A stretch of DNA of 63,640 nt, filler included, from Chrysochromulina tobinii (Eukaryota), in assembly GCA_001275005.1 (NCBI GenBank). It is 6 parts of 6 records of this genome, joined end to end, with 100 filler letters (N's around TTAATTAATTAA, not from the genome) between each part and the next. Parts side by side here need not be neighbours in the genome. Positions count along the whole stretch, not along the records: positions 1 to 25,681 come from JWZX01000468.1; positions 25,782 to 32,596 come from JWZX01000470.1; 4 more parts are not named here. One strand, given 5' to 3'. Both the position numbers and the translations under genes were made by a program. The notes beneath the pieces were generated by a model, which was given only the letters and a program-made list of their open reading frames with translations, was not told the origin of the DNA and ran no database searches. This document shows positions 20,003-31,249 of this stretch, one piece after another. Numbering within the stretch: position 1 is the stretch's first letter; every line of letters begins with the position of its first letter.

Positions 20003-23000
20003 ATGGCTCAGTCCGAGGCGATGGCGCAGATGCAGCGTTGGCAAGGGCAAGCGGAGGACGTGTCAGAGTTCAAACGGAGGCAGGTCGACAGCCTGCGAGC
20101 CGAGCTGAACCGGCTGGAGCAGGAACAGAACGAGGTTGATCACCTGCGAGCCGAGCTAGGCCGGATGCAGTCATCAGATGACTACGCCGAGGTCGCAGCC
20201 CTCCCTGCAGACGAGCCCACCGCCGCCGCCGGCAATGATGACTGGCTTGCCGTGGGCAAGACGGTCTTTTTTGCCGAGCCTGACTTAACGACGGCGTTGA
20301 CGTACAAGCTGGTCAAGGATGGGGCCGCAGCAACCCAAGCAGCGACAGTCCACAGCAACCCAAGCTCACAGTCCACAAAGGCCTTCACGGCAAAGCCTGC
20401 GGACGCCTTCCACGGCGCCATGCGGTCACGCAGCGCGCAAGCTATCCTGGCCGATGGAGTCGGTCAAGTGCTGCAGATCGACGCGAACGCGAACGCGCCC
20501 TCGCAGCCGAAGCCGAAACGCCGTCCGTCGAGCGCTACGACATACAGCGCTACTGCCGCGACAAACAGCAGCACCGAAAAGCAACCCTTCGTCTCCTCCT
20601 TCCCGAAGGGCGAGCGGGCGCTCCCCACGTACGACGCCAGGCGCGACCCGCACTGCACACGCTACCACGAGCCGTCAGAGGATAGTTACCCGACGAACGA
20701 GGCAGCCATCGCGAGTGCCGCGAGGCTGCAAATGGCTCAGCTCAAGAGGAGTCGCGAGCAGTACTACCGGCGCTCGCAGGCGATGGCGCTCGCGCGGCAT
20801 GCGGCGGAGGCGGCGTACCACGACACGCTCGGCCACTCGACCATGGGATTCCACCCTGCCGGCTACGGCTTCCGACCTAATTTGGGAGTCGCGCCAACGC
20901 TTTCGCGACCCGACGCCACCAGCCTACGAGCGGATCGGGCAGGTAGCGTGGGCTCGCCGAAGAAGGCGTTGCCACAGGACGCGCGGAGCGGCGGCTCCGC
21001 GCGCCGCACGCAGCCGCCAGAGGTCATCCCGGAATGGCGGGGCGGACCGGCAGCGCCGCCGTCCAAATTAGGTCATGATCCCAAATTAGGTCATGATCTG
21101 GACCTGACCTCGTGGCAACGGACGACACGACGGACGGTAACGGACGGCGGCGGCGGACGGCACGGCAGCGCTCGCCGGAGCAGCCTGCTCGACCAGGTGG
21201 GCCTGGTGCCCTCAAAGTCGCAGTACCAGCAGCTGCTGCTGCAGAATGAGGAGCGCTACCGAAAAGAGCTGCTGCAGCTGGAGCTGCAGCCGCAGATGCA
21301 GCTGCATGCGCCCCGCGGCGAGTTTGCGGCGCTCGTACTCGCGAGCGGCAGCGACGGCGACGGTGGGGATGGCGCTGGGGAGACGGGCGCGCTGCACCGG
21401 TACCACACCGAGCGTCCGCGATGGGACTCGTCGACTCACGACCACAGCAGGGTGCTCGCCGACGCGCGCGCCACACGCGCTGCACAGAGAGCGGCGCAGC
21501 GTCGGCAGGCTGTCCAGGCACAGCGCCGCCGCGATCTGGCGATGGATGGGCCCGCCGCGTTCATCCATCCATCGCCAGTGACGACGACGGGCCGTGAGGC
21601 GGCCCACCAAGGTAGCAGCCGCGGGGTGGGCCGCCAGGGTAGCAGCCGCGGGGTAGCCCACCAAGGTAGCAGTGGTGGCAGTGGTAGCAGTGGTGGCAGG
21701 GGTAGCAGTGGTGGCACCGACGGCGGCGCGGCCAGCGGCCCCGGCGCTCGGAACGGCGCTCCCAAGGCGTCGCTTGCTCCGAGCGCCGTTCCGAGCGCGG
21801 CACCCGCGGCGGGTGGCGCCGCGCTGCTGAGCGTGCCGTATGGTACCCCCTTTGTGAGCCGCCTCGTCTTCCTCTTCGATCGGCAGCTGAGTGCGCGCAA
21901 CAGCAGTGGCGGCTCGGGCTCGGGCTTCGGCTCGGCACGACGGGCCACGGCGCCGGGTTCAAAGGAAGCGGTGGCCACCGAAGATTTCGTGCAGCAGTGG
22001 TCGAAGGAGCATATGGAGGTGCGCATGCAGATCGGCAAGTTCCGCTCCCCGCCGCTCAACGTGCTTGCGGAAGACACGCTGCCCTCGGGCGCCGAGCTGC
22101 AGCGCATGCAGCGCACGCTCGTGCACGAGGCGTCCTCCGAGGCAGGGCCGAAACCGCCTCCCACGAAGCTCGCGCGTGCTGAGGTGATCGCGATGCTGGA
22201 GTTTGAGCGCCAACGGTTGAGAGACATGCCGTATCAGGAAGCCGACGCGTACATTGAGGCGCGCGGCATCGAGGCTCTCGTTCGGGGCGACGTGGACGAA
22301 GGGATTCAAAGCCTCGCCACGTCAGCGGACGTGGCGGAGCAGCAGGCTCGACGAACCTTCGAGGATGCCGCCGAGAGCTACATCTGGGGCCCCGAGGTGC
22401 TTGAGCCGAACACGCGCCATCTCGAGCACCTCATCGACAACCTCAAGGCGGCCGGCCTCGAGCGGAGCGACGGCTCTGCCAGTGCTGACCTGCCTTGCAT
22501 GCCAGTGCTCACCACAGCGCGTTCGGGGAGCGGCGGCTCTGCCAGTGCCCGCAGCGCCAGCCAGGGCGGCAGCGCCGAGTTGATCGAGAATGGAACCGGT
22601 AGCTCGGGGGCTACCGGTCGAGAAGCATGCAGGCAGGCAGGCGGCGCGCGGGCGGCCGAGTACGCCTTCCTGAGCTCGGACGACTTTGGTGCATTCGCGT
22701 GCGTGGCTGAAGTCGAGTCGGTCGCGGCCGCCGCGACGGTCGGCGCGGCCTGGCGCGGCGCCGAGCTGCGACGCTTTGGGGTACCTCTCGTGCAGAGGCT
22801 GCTCGAAGCTGTCGCCTACGAGCCCCATGCGCCGCCCGCACTTGCCGCGGAGTCGGCCAGTCAGACGAGCGCCGCCTTCGTGGCCCTCGACGTCGCGATC
22901 GGCCGCTCGGCGGCGGCGATGCGCGCGCGCATCGTGGCGCTCTGGCAAGCGTGTGGGCTCGACACGGCAGCGCTGCAGGCGCTGCTGAAGCGGATGAGGC

Positions 23001-24343
23001 AGGCGGTCGCCACGTCCGAAGAGGAGACACTCACCGGCATGCGTGCGGCCCTTTCGGCGGCGCTCAAGCCGGCAGACATTGTGACGGCGATCACGCAGCT
23101 GCGTGCCGCGCTGCCCAACCTCGACGTCAAGGTGTATGAAGAGGCGATCCTCAAGTACGGTGGTGACCTCGAGGCTGCCAAGATCGCCATCCTCGCTGAC
23201 CCTTATTTGGGAGCCAAGCTGGCCGCGGCAGAGCCTACGACCACACCGCCCACTACGGCGCCCACTACGGCGCCCACTACGGCGCTGGCCGCGGCAGAGC
23301 CTACGCCCACGCTCACTACGGCGCCCATTGCAGAGTCTACGCCCACGCCCAGTACGGCGCCCATTGCGCCGTCCGTTGAGTGGCAGGCGCGCGCGCAGGT
23401 GGCCGCGACGAGCGGCGCCTATCCCGTCGTTGCCCATCGCGGCGCTGCGCGCGTCTTCGGAGCCGAGAATGCGCAGCTCGCCTCGCTGCTGCTCGCGCTG
23501 CGTCTGCACGCGGAGCGCACCCTACTCGTCGCATCGGCGATCGCGCATCGCGAGAGCCTCTGCCGGCACCTGCGGCTGGCCTGTGCACGGCTCGTGCCCA
23601 TGTATGCGGCGTATGCGCGCTCCTCGCGCCTCGACACCGTGCCAGGCACTGGCACCGTGGCGCCGGCAAAGGGCATGCTCGAGGGCCTCGAGGCAGAGGT
23701 GATGTCGAGCGTGTCCCTGCTGCGCCAGGCCACGGTCAAGGTGGTGGAGGCGGTGACCACGTGGCGCGCCGGCCTGAGCACGCCCGTACCCGTCCTCTGG
23801 CCCGTGGCGATCGCCGCTCGCATGACGCCCCATCACGCCGCGAACGACTCAGCCGCCAGCAACGTGCCGCGAGCGGTGATGTTGACGACGGCGATGACGA
23901 CGGCGATGAACACGGCGATGAACGCAGCGATGAGCGACAAGGGCGCCGGCGGCGGGCGCGCTAACGAGGGGAGCGTGCACGTGGCACGCCACGCCACCCC
24001 GACGCCGCCCCGCGCCGCGGTCACGAGCAACTACATGCGGCAGATGGCCACCGACCTCGACGGCCTCGCGGACGAGTCACCAGAGATTCGTCGACTGCTC
24101 AACTCGGCGCCCAGCCGGCTCGACAGCCGGCGGCTGTGGCGCGCACGCCAGACGATTGGACTCGAACCGCACGCGGAGCTCCGCTTTGAGCTTGCGGGGG
24201 CGCAGGCTGCGCTCAACTGGAAGCCCGTCTCAGCAACGGTGCTCATGGCCACTCAATGCGCCAAGGGCGACAGCGCGCCCGGCAGCATCGTCGAGGTGCT
24301 TCCCGAGGACGATCGCGCGCTGCTCGCGGCTTTGGTTGGGTGA
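20003..24343 (+). CDS. Large low-complexity hypothetical protein with N-terminal coiled coil
   Basis: ORF of more than 1400 codons; ATG at 20003 (MAQSEAM); several short internal tandem repeats. Confidence 0.65.
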   Translation: MAQSEAMAQMQRWQGQAEDVSEFKRRQVDSLRAELNRLEQEQNEVDHLRAELGRMQSSDDYAEVAALPADEPTAAAGNDDWLAVGKTVFFAEPDLTTALTYKLVKDGAAATQAATVHSNPSSQSTKAFTAKPADAFHGAMRSRSAQAILADGVGQVLQIDANANAPSQPKPKRRPSSATTYSATAATNSSTEKQPFVSSFPKGERALPTYDARRDPHCTRYHEPSEDSYPTNEAAIASAARLQMAQLKRSREQYYRRSQAMALARHAAEAAYHDTLGHSTMGFHPAGYGFRPNLGVAPTLSRPDATSLRADRAGSVGSPKKALPQDARSGGSARRTQPPEVIPEWRGGPAAPPSKLGHDPKLGHDLDLTSWQRTTRRTVTDGGGGRHGSARRSSLLDQVGLVPSKSQYQQLLLQNEERYRKELLQLELQPQMQLHAPRGEFAALVLASGSDGDGGDGAGETGALHRYHTERPRWDSSTHDHSRVLADARATRAAQRAAQRRQAVQAQRRRDLAMDGPAAFIHPSPVTTTGREAAHQGSSRGVGRQGSSRGVAHQGSSGGSGSSGGRGSSGGTDGGAASGPGARNGAPKASLAPSAVPSAAPAAGGAALLSVPYGTPFVSRLVFLFDRQLSARNSSGGSGSGFGSARRATAPGSKEAVATEDFVQQWSKEHMEVRMQIGKFRSPPLNVLAEDTLPSGAELQRMQRTLVHEASSEAGPKPPPTKLARAEVIAMLEFERQRLRDMPYQEADAYIEARGIEALVRGDVDEGIQSLATSADVAEQQARRTFEDAAESYIWGPEVLEPNTRHLEHLIDNLKAAGLERSDGSASADLPCMPVLTTARSGSGGSASARSASQGGSAELIENGTGSSGATGREACRQAGGARAAEYAFLSSDDFGAFACVAEVESVAAAATVGAAWRGAELRRFGVPLVQRLLEAVAYEPHAPPALAAESASQTSAAFVALDVAIGRSAAAMRARIVALWQACGLDTAALQALLKRMRQAVATSEEETLTGMRAALSAALKPADIVTAITQLRAALPNLDVKVYEEAILKYGGDLEAAKIAILADPYLGAKLAAAEPTTTPPTTAPTTAPTTALAAAEPTPTLTTAPIAESTPTPSTAPIAPSVEWQARAQVAATSGAYPVVAHRGAARVFGAENAQLASLLLALRLHAERTLLVASAIAHRESLCRHLRLACARLVPMYAAYARSSRLDTVPGTGTVAPAKGMLEGLEAEVMSSVSLLRQATVKVVEAVTTWRAGLSTPVPVLWPVAIAARMTPHHAANDSAASNVPRAVMLTTAMTTAMNTAMNAAMSDKGAGGGRANEGSVHVARHATPTPPRAAVTSNYMRQMATDLDGLADESPEIRRLLNSAPSRLDSRRLWRARQTIGLEPHAELRFELAGAQAALNWKPVSATVLMATQCAKGDSAPGSIVEVLPEDDRALLAALVG

Positions 24344-24420
24344 GGAGGTAGAGGGTGTTTGTCAGATTCTCCGGGATTGTCGGTCTTGTCATGAGATATT
24401 TCTGAGCAGTGAACTTTTAG

Positions 24421-25681
24421 ATGGAGAGTAGTCGCACGCCCTACGTGCATGCATTCCTCGTGTCCTGCGTCCGCAATCGTGGAAAACCGTGCCTCTGTCA
24501 GAAGAATCGTGAGACGAGAGCTGACGCGCAGTGCCGCCTCGCTGACATGCTCTTCACCGGGAGTGGCGCACCCAAGGACGAGGAGGAGGCGCGGCGGCTG
24601 CTTGGCCTCGCGGCCGCGCAGGGGGATGCTGACGCGCAGTGCCGCCTCGCTGACATGCTATTCGAAGGGCGTGGCGGACCCAAGGACGAGGAGGAGGCGC
24701 GGCGGCTGCTTGGCCTCGCGGCCGCGCAGGGGGATGCTGACGCGCAGCACTCGCTCGCTCGCATGCTCTACGATAGGGGTGGTGGACCCAAGGATGAGGT
24801 GGAGGCGCGGCGGCTGCTTGGCCTCGCGGCCGCGCAGGGGCATGCTGACGCGCAGAACTGCCTCGCTCACATGCTCTACGAAGGGCTCGGCGGACCCAAG
24901 GATGAGGTGGAGGAGCGGCGGCTGCGTGGCCTCGCGGCCGCGCAGGGGCACGCTGAAGCGCAGTTCTCCCTCGGGGTCATGCTCCACGATGGGCTCGGCG
25001 GACCCAAGGACGAGGTGGAGGCGCGGCGGCTGCTTGGCCTCGCGGCCGCGCAGGGGCACGCTCAAGCGCAGTGCGGCCTCGCTAGCATGCTCTACACAGG
25101 GCGCGGCGGACCCAAGGATGAGGTGGAGGCGCGACGGCTGCTTGGCCTCGCAGCCGCTCAGGGGCACGCTCAAGCGCGGTTCCGCCTCGCTCGCATGCTC
25201 TGCACAGGGCACGGCGGACCCAAGGACGAGGTGGAGGCGAGGCGGCTGCTTGGCCTCGCGGCCGTGCAGGGGGATGCTGACGCGCAGTGCGGTCTTGCTG
25301 GAATGCTCTACTCAGGGCGTGGCGGACCCAAGGACGAGGTGGAGGAGCGGCGGCTGCTTGGCCTCGCGGCCGCGCAGGGGCATGCTATCGCGCAAAACCG
25401 CCTCGCTGACATGCTCGTCTTAGGGCTCGGCGGACCCAAGGATAAGGTGGAGGCGCGGCGGCTGCTTGGCCTCGCGGCCGCGCAGGGGCATGCTGAAGCG
25501 CAGAACCGCCTCGCTGACCCGCTCTACTTTGGGCTCGGCGGACCCAAGGACAAGGTGGAAGCGCGGCAGCCGCGTGTGACCAAAGCGCGCCAGGGTGCAT
25601 CCGAGAACGCTACGGCTCAGGTCGAGGACGCTGCTGCGCTGGCGGCCGCGGCAGCGCGCGCGGATGCGGCAATGGCAGCGC
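24421..25681 (+). CDS. Sel1-repeat protein (about 9.7 x 36 aa), 3'-truncated by the contig end
   Basis: 108-bp near-identical units from 24520: A.AQ..LA.ML..G.GGPKDEVEARRLLGLAAAQG. Confidence 0.85.
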
Positions 25682-25781
25682 NNNNNNNNNNNNNNNNNNN
25701 NNNNNNNNNNNNNNNNNNNNNNNNNTTAATTAATTAANNNNNNNNNNNNNNNNNNNNNNNNNNNNNNNNNNNNNNNNNNNN
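25682..25781. other. Artificial contig spacer N44-TTAATTAATTAA-N44
   Basis: Identical 100-nt linker with stops in all six frames, seen five times in the window. Confidence 0.98.
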
Positions 25782-27329
25782 TTCGTGTCGTATGTCGCGC
25801 AGGAAGACTCGTTGCTGGGCGTGTTCACGGTGAGTGAGACACTGAGGATGGCGCTTCGGTTCCGCTACGGCTACAACATGAAGAGCGAGGCAGAGCTCAA
25901 GAGCCTCGAGAGTCACGCCCTGAAGTTGGTTGGCCTCACCTCGGCCGCGGGCACCAAGGTCGGCGACATTTTCCGCAAGGGCCTCTCCGGTGGGCAGAAG
26001 CGGCGGCTTTCGCTCGCCGTGGAGCTAGTCAAGGCGCCGAAGGTGATGGTGCTCGACGAGCCGACGAGCGGGCTCGACTCGGCCTCGGCCTTTGGCATCA
26101 TGTCCTCCCTGACCGCGCTCGCCAAGCTCGGCCACACCGTCATTGCTACCATCCACCAGCCGTCGTCGGACGTGTGGACTCTCTTCGATAAGCTGCTGCT
26201 GCTCTCCGAAGGGCGCACGCTCTTCTTTGGCGAGTCGAGGGCGGCTGTCGGTTACTTTGGCGCGCTCGGCCACCAGTGCCCCGAGCTCTCGAACCCCGCC
26301 GACTTTTTCCTCGCGCTGATCAACACCGACTTCCCACTCCATGCGTGCGACCTCGGCTACCTGCAGAGGGCGTACGGCAAGGGCGCGCCCGCCGCCGCCG
26401 GCAGCGCGTACGCCGGGCTGCTGCCGCACGAGGTGGCGCTGGCGAAGCGGCAAAAAAAGCACGTCGACCTCGACGTGCTCCACGCTGGCAAGGCCTGTGG
26501 CTTCCTTGCTGACTGTGTGACCCTCTCGAAGCGCAACCTCCTCAACAATCTACGCAACCCGGGTATCTTCTGGGTACGCTTCGCCATGTACACGATGCTC
26601 TCGCTGATGATCGGGCTCATGTACTTGGAGCTCGGAGACGACTTCTCGCCGTCGTCGGTCCTCTCACGCATCAACATCCTCTTCTTCGTCGCCGCCTTCC
26701 TTGTCTTCATGTCTGTCGCGGTGCTGCCCTTCTTCATCATCGAGCGCGCGACCTTCCTGCGCGAGCGCGGCAATGGCTCATACTCGGTGGGCGCGTTCGT
26801 GCTCTCGAACGTGTCGATGGCGCTGCCCGGTATCTTCGTGATCGCACTTGCCTCGACGGCGCTCATCGTCCCCCTCGCCAAGCTCAACGGCTTCGGCATC
26901 TACCTTGCCGCGCTCACCGCGGCGCTCTTCACCGCCGAGGGATTCATGAGTCTGACCGGCGCTCTCGTGCCGCATTACATCATCGGGATTGCGCTCGGCG
27001 CGGGCGTCTTCGGCTTTTTCATGCTAGTTGAGGGCTTCTTCATCGTCAAGGACGACATCCCGCCGTGGTTCATCTGGGTGCACTACTTGGCCTTCCACAC
27101 ATACATCTTCCGCGCCTTCATGGCCAACGAGTTCGAGCCGATCGCCTCCTTTGACGAGCTACCGGGCGGCGCGCCCGCTCAGTTCAGTAGCGGGCGTGCG
27201 GTGCTCGAGTTCTATTCGATGGCCGACGTGGCCATTGGGCGCGACATTGGCATCGTCGTCGCCTTTGGCTTCTTCTTCTACGCCATGTACGCCGTCGTCC
27301 TTCAGCTCTTCCACACGGGGAAGCGCTGA
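25782..27329 (+). CDS. ABCG (White-type) half transporter, 5'-partial
   Basis: Q-loop YVAQED, signature LSGGQKRR, Walker B VLDEPTSGLD, H-loop TIHQP, CP..SNPADF and a C-terminal TM domain. Confidence 0.95.
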   Translation, partial: FVSYVAQEDSLLGVFTVSETLRMALRFRYGYNMKSEAELKSLESHALKLVGLTSAAGTKVGDIFRKGLSGGQKRRLSLAVELVKAPKVMVLDEPTSGLDSASAFGIMSSLTALAKLGHTVIATIHQPSSDVWTLFDKLLLLSEGRTLFFGESRAAVGYFGALGHQCPELSNPADFFLALINTDFPLHACDLGYLQRAYGKGAPAAAGSAYAGLLPHEVALAKRQKKHVDLDVLHAGKACGFLADCVTLSKRNLLNNLRNPGIFWVRFAMYTMLSLMIGLMYLELGDDFSPSSVLSRINILFFVAAFLVFMSVAVLPFFIIERATFLRERGNGSYSVGAFVLSNVSMALPGIFVIALASTALIVPLAKLNGFGIYLAALTAALFTAEGFMSLTGALVPHYIIGIALGAGVFGFFMLVEGFFIVKDDIPPWFIWVHYLAFHTYIFRAFMANEFEPIASFDELPGGAPAQFSSGRAVLEFYSMADVAIGRDIGIVVAFGFFFYAMYAVVLQLFHTGKR

Positions 27330-27499
27330 TGGCAGACGAGGGCACGAGCCGACGCCGCGAGGTGCACTCTACCATCCTGCGTTCCCGCCCGGATGAGTCC
27401 CGACGAGCCCTGAATTACGTGCATGGGACTCGAACATGGACGCACAGCCAGGCGAGGGGGGCGGAGTGCGTGGTCCGTTGGCATTGCGCAGGGAAGCAC

Positions 27500-27880
27500 A
27501 GCAGGGGGGGAGCGGAGTTCAGTCCATGGCCCAGCCTCGATGGAATTCGAGCTTTGAGGCACGGCACACGAGCTCCGGTACGAGAGAGCGCGGCCAAGTC
27601 CCACATGCCTCATGCGACACATGGGACATGCGCCAGCTGTGTGTGGGGCGTGACCTGGGGTTTGTGCGAGGTGCAGCTGTCGAAGAGCCTTCGAGGCCGA
27701 ACAGCAGGGGGGGAGCGGAGTTCAGGAGTCCATGGCCCAGCCTCGATGGAATTCGAGCTTTGAGGCATGGCACACGAGGGACGAGGCTCCGGTACGAGAG
27801 AGCGCGGCCAAGTCCCACATGCCTCATGCGACACATGGGACATGCGCCAGCCGGTGTGTGGGGCGGGGCGTGACCTGGGG
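27500..27880. repeat. Non-coding direct repeat (about 160-175 bp x2)
   Basis: 27500-27660 is repeated at 27704-27880 (..GTCCATGGCCCAGCCTCGATGGAATTCGAGC..CCAAGTCCCACATGCCTCATGCGACACATGGG..). Confidence 0.9.
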
Positions 27881-28696
27881 TGTTGTTAGGAGGGTTATGT
27901 CGTTATGACTTATGCGGCGTGCAGCTGAGCCAATTACACCGCGATCAAGCAACCGTGCTGAAAGTGCAGACCGTCGTCGAGTTTAAATCGGGCGGCCGTC
28001 TTATATACATTATATACAAGGATTAGGATTATATTAGGATATCTTGATTCTTGTATAGAACGTCGCTTGTATCGTAAGAATCCCCGCAATCCCGTAGCAC
28101 CCGCGCAGTCGGAGCGTTCGCTCACTCAACATACTCAACATCTCAACACATGACACGTTACTGTCCGGTCGCGACCCCACACCGACAACCCAGGGATCAA
28201 TAAAACGCTCGCCACTGCCGCACTGGGCCTGAGGTCGCGCGGCGGCGACAGCCGACACTCGGTCTCTCCAGTCGAGTCGCCCGTGGCCCGCGTCCGAATC
28301 GGGATTCTTAAACCGCGGCCCTACTACGGCAATAAGCTAACTAAGTTCGGTTGTGTGCAGCTGAGCTCGAGCTGTGGTGGGCGCGCGCGTCCAGCACGTG
28401 GCCGCGCGGACGACCGTCGACGAGCGCTAGCCGGACGACCTAGTAGGCACCTAGGGTCCTAGGCGCGTCCGAGGTGTGCACCCGCCGTCCTGCCCGCAGT
28501 AACACTTTGGTATGAAGACATGTGTGTTCTCCGAATTCTCCGAATGTGTGAACCAGAGTCCACACGAAATGATGTGTCAATGTATGATGTCGACTAGATG
28601 TCGACATGTATGTAGTATGAATGGGCGGTGTCCGATTGACGTTCAAACACACTCTCGAGCCATCGCGCTCAGGCGGTCCGACTCGACACGACGCGC

Positions 28697-30054
28697 TCAG
28701 GCCGCCTGCTCAACCAGCAAGGAGCGCTTGGCGCGCGGCTTGATGACTGGCGGTTCATACTGGACCGCGCCGGAAGAGGCCATGTGGAATCGGATCTGCG
28801 TGCCGGTCGAATTCACCTGTGAAATCAGGGTGTGAAATAGGGGGCTCAGTCGCGGAAGGGACAGCAGCCACACGTGGATGAGGAGGTGAGCGAGAGCGGG
28901 GCAGAGAGGGGGCAGCTCGCTGCCGTGCGTGGAGGCTGCGTCACCGAAAACGAGGCAAAGCCACCACCATCGCCCTGGTTCTTGCCCTTGTCCATACGGA
29001 ACCACGGCTCGCCCGGGTTGGCCTTGTTGTTGAGGTTGTCGGGCGAGTAGCAGCACTCCATACCTGCACCCGTGAGGACGAATGCCATGTGGTTGTCGAA
29101 GTAATAGCCTGAACAGTGGTCGTGGCCATTGATGTAGCCCGACGCCTTGTACTGGGACATCAGAGGAAGCACGTGCTTGATGATCTCGTCGGTGGGGCCG
29201 TGCTCACACTGCGAGTAGACAGGGAAGTGGCCGACGACCCACAGGTAGTCAGCCGTCGAGGACTTGAGCGTCTCCTCGAGCCACTGGAGCTGCGTGCCCA
29301 AGTGCGCCTGCATAGGGTGCGACTCGTTCTTGTGGATCATGCCGGTCACGTGGTCCTTGTAGGCCATGCCGGCGATCGTGACGGTGTCGATCATGACGAC
29401 CTGCGTCGTCACGTTGTTGACCGTGTGCGACTTGGTGTACCAAAAATCATCGTACTTCCACCGGCTCGAGTGCTTCGAGTACGCGATCTGCGCGGTCACG
29501 TTGCCGCTGTGGTCGTGGTTGCCTGCGATCGCGTAGAAGGGGGTGTTGAGCTCAGGATTTGAGATGTCGAAGACGTTCTCAAATGTGTCGCGGAAGCGCG
29601 TCGAGTGCTCATTCTTGATTCCATCTTCATCTGCCCAGGCGCAACGCGATCGCAGGACCATTGGTTAGCTCATGCGGAGAGTCCTGCAACGGGGCAGATC
29701 CCAGAGGTTTGAGCCGGCCCACGCACAAAAGTTGTCGCCCACGAGCAACACAAATTCTGGCTTGCTCGCGCCGAGGCTATGGGCCGCCTTGATCATGCCG
29801 GCGGCATTGTTTTTTTCCACTCCGGTCGTGGGCTGGGAGTCACTGCTCCCACCCCAGTCACCGAGAGAGTAGAAGTAGTAGGAGCCGCCGTGCACACCGC
29901 CGCACACTGCATCATAATCGTGGCAGCAATCGTGGTGAGCTTCGCATTCGTCGTTGCACCAGCAGCTCTGCGCCTTGCTACCGCAGTGACCCGCGCAAGA
30001 ATCGTCAGCGGCGTGGGCTGCGGCGACGAGGAGCACCGCGGAGATGAAGCGCAT
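28697..30054 (-). CDS. Secreted purple (tartrate-resistant type 5-like) acid phosphatase with N-terminal somatomedin-B domain, join(29727..30054,28945..29630,28697..28816)
   Basis: Signal peptide followed by SCAGHCG..CWCNDEC..HHDCCHDY..VC. Metal motifs DWG, GDNFY (restored by splicing), GNHD, VVGH and GHDH. Confidence 0.9.
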
Positions 30055-30270
30055 GACGATTCGCTCTGTTGAGGAATTACCGCCGGGAGTTCACAGTGAC
30101 GTTTTCTTCACGGATCTCACGCTCCCTCGTTGCACAGTCTCGGTGCTGCAACTTGGGAGGTGGTTGGCACATTTTACTGTGGATTTTACAGAACTGATGG
30201 CTTCTGCACTGCAGGAGGAATCTGCGCCTCCTGTGCGTGGCCGGCGTCGGTCAAGGGGCGCTGAAGATTC

Positions 30271-31122
30271 ATGAAGCTCGTGGTCGCCAGCCTTGCAGTG
30301 ACCATCGCAAGCAGGGCAGGTCACATCCAGCATGCTTCGCCAATCTGCCGTGCACCACGTTGCATGCCACCACTTGCAATAGCACCACTTGTTGCGCCTC
30401 TCTCCGACACCATATGGAGGATGTCTCCTCCGGTGAGAGTCGATGGAGACACCCTCCGGACGTGGACCATCACGGACGAGGGCACCGAGCGAGTGCAGCT
30501 ATCGATCCGGAGCGCTGGCAGGCCCGTTGAGGCCAAGGTGGAGCTCTGGCAATCGCCCTCGTTCATTCCAGTTACGTTCACCTACTGCTTCGACAGTGGC
30601 AGTGACTCGCCTCTACATACCATCATAGAGACGCCAGGACTCCGCAAGACTATCGCGGTCTACAATACCGAGTGCGGGCACTGTCCCTTTGAAGCCAGCG
30701 TGGCGCACACCGGCCTAGGAGCGGCGTACGAGGCCGTCGCCCACCATCAGCCCGAGCTGGTCCAAGGTGGCAAGACCACGTCCTACACTTTCGGGCCCGA
30801 GGTGGAGAGCGTCCAAGTCCTATTGAAGACGGATGGACGCAACATGAAGGCCTTGATCGAGGTTTTGCAGGGGCCCGGCTTAGGTGGGCCAGAGAATGAA
30901 CAGACAATCGAGGTCGATGTGACCAGTGGGCTCGAGCATCCCTTCTACGTCGTCATACAGACCCCCGCGGGTCCCGGGCTTGCAAACACCCTGCGCATCA
31001 TCAATCTCAATCCCGTCGAACTCCCGTTTTACGCCTACATTCTCCCGTACACAGTTGTACTAAGTAGTAGCAGTGGCGACACCGAGATCGTAATGGGGCA
31101 TGAAGGGAGCTGGGCGGTATGA
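30271..31122 (+). CDS. Hypothetical algal protein with signal/transit-like N-terminus and a two-fold internal repeat
   Basis: V.G.T...W/Y....VQ......GR...A..E..Q.P occurs twice. Confidence 0.7.
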   Translation: MKLVVASLAVTIASRAGHIQHASPICRAPRCMPPLAIAPLVAPLSDTIWRMSPPVRVDGDTLRTWTITDEGTERVQLSIRSAGRPVEAKVELWQSPSFIPVTFTYCFDSGSDSPLHTIIETPGLRKTIAVYNTECGHCPFEASVAHTGLGAAYEAVAHHQPELVQGGKTTSYTFGPEVESVQVLLKTDGRNMKALIEVLQGPGLGGPENEQTIEVDVTSGLEHPFYVVIQTPAGPGLANTLRIINLNPVELPFYAYILPYTVVLSSSSGDTEIVMGHEGSWAV

Positions 31123-31249
31123 TTAATGAAAAGCGTCGAACCGAAGATCTATTCACAGTTGTGGTCTCAGATCAGCTTGCGCGGCAACATGCTCGTGGAT
31201 CGTCGTGGACTCGCCACTTGGACTTGCACGGCTTTTTCATAACCGCGAT

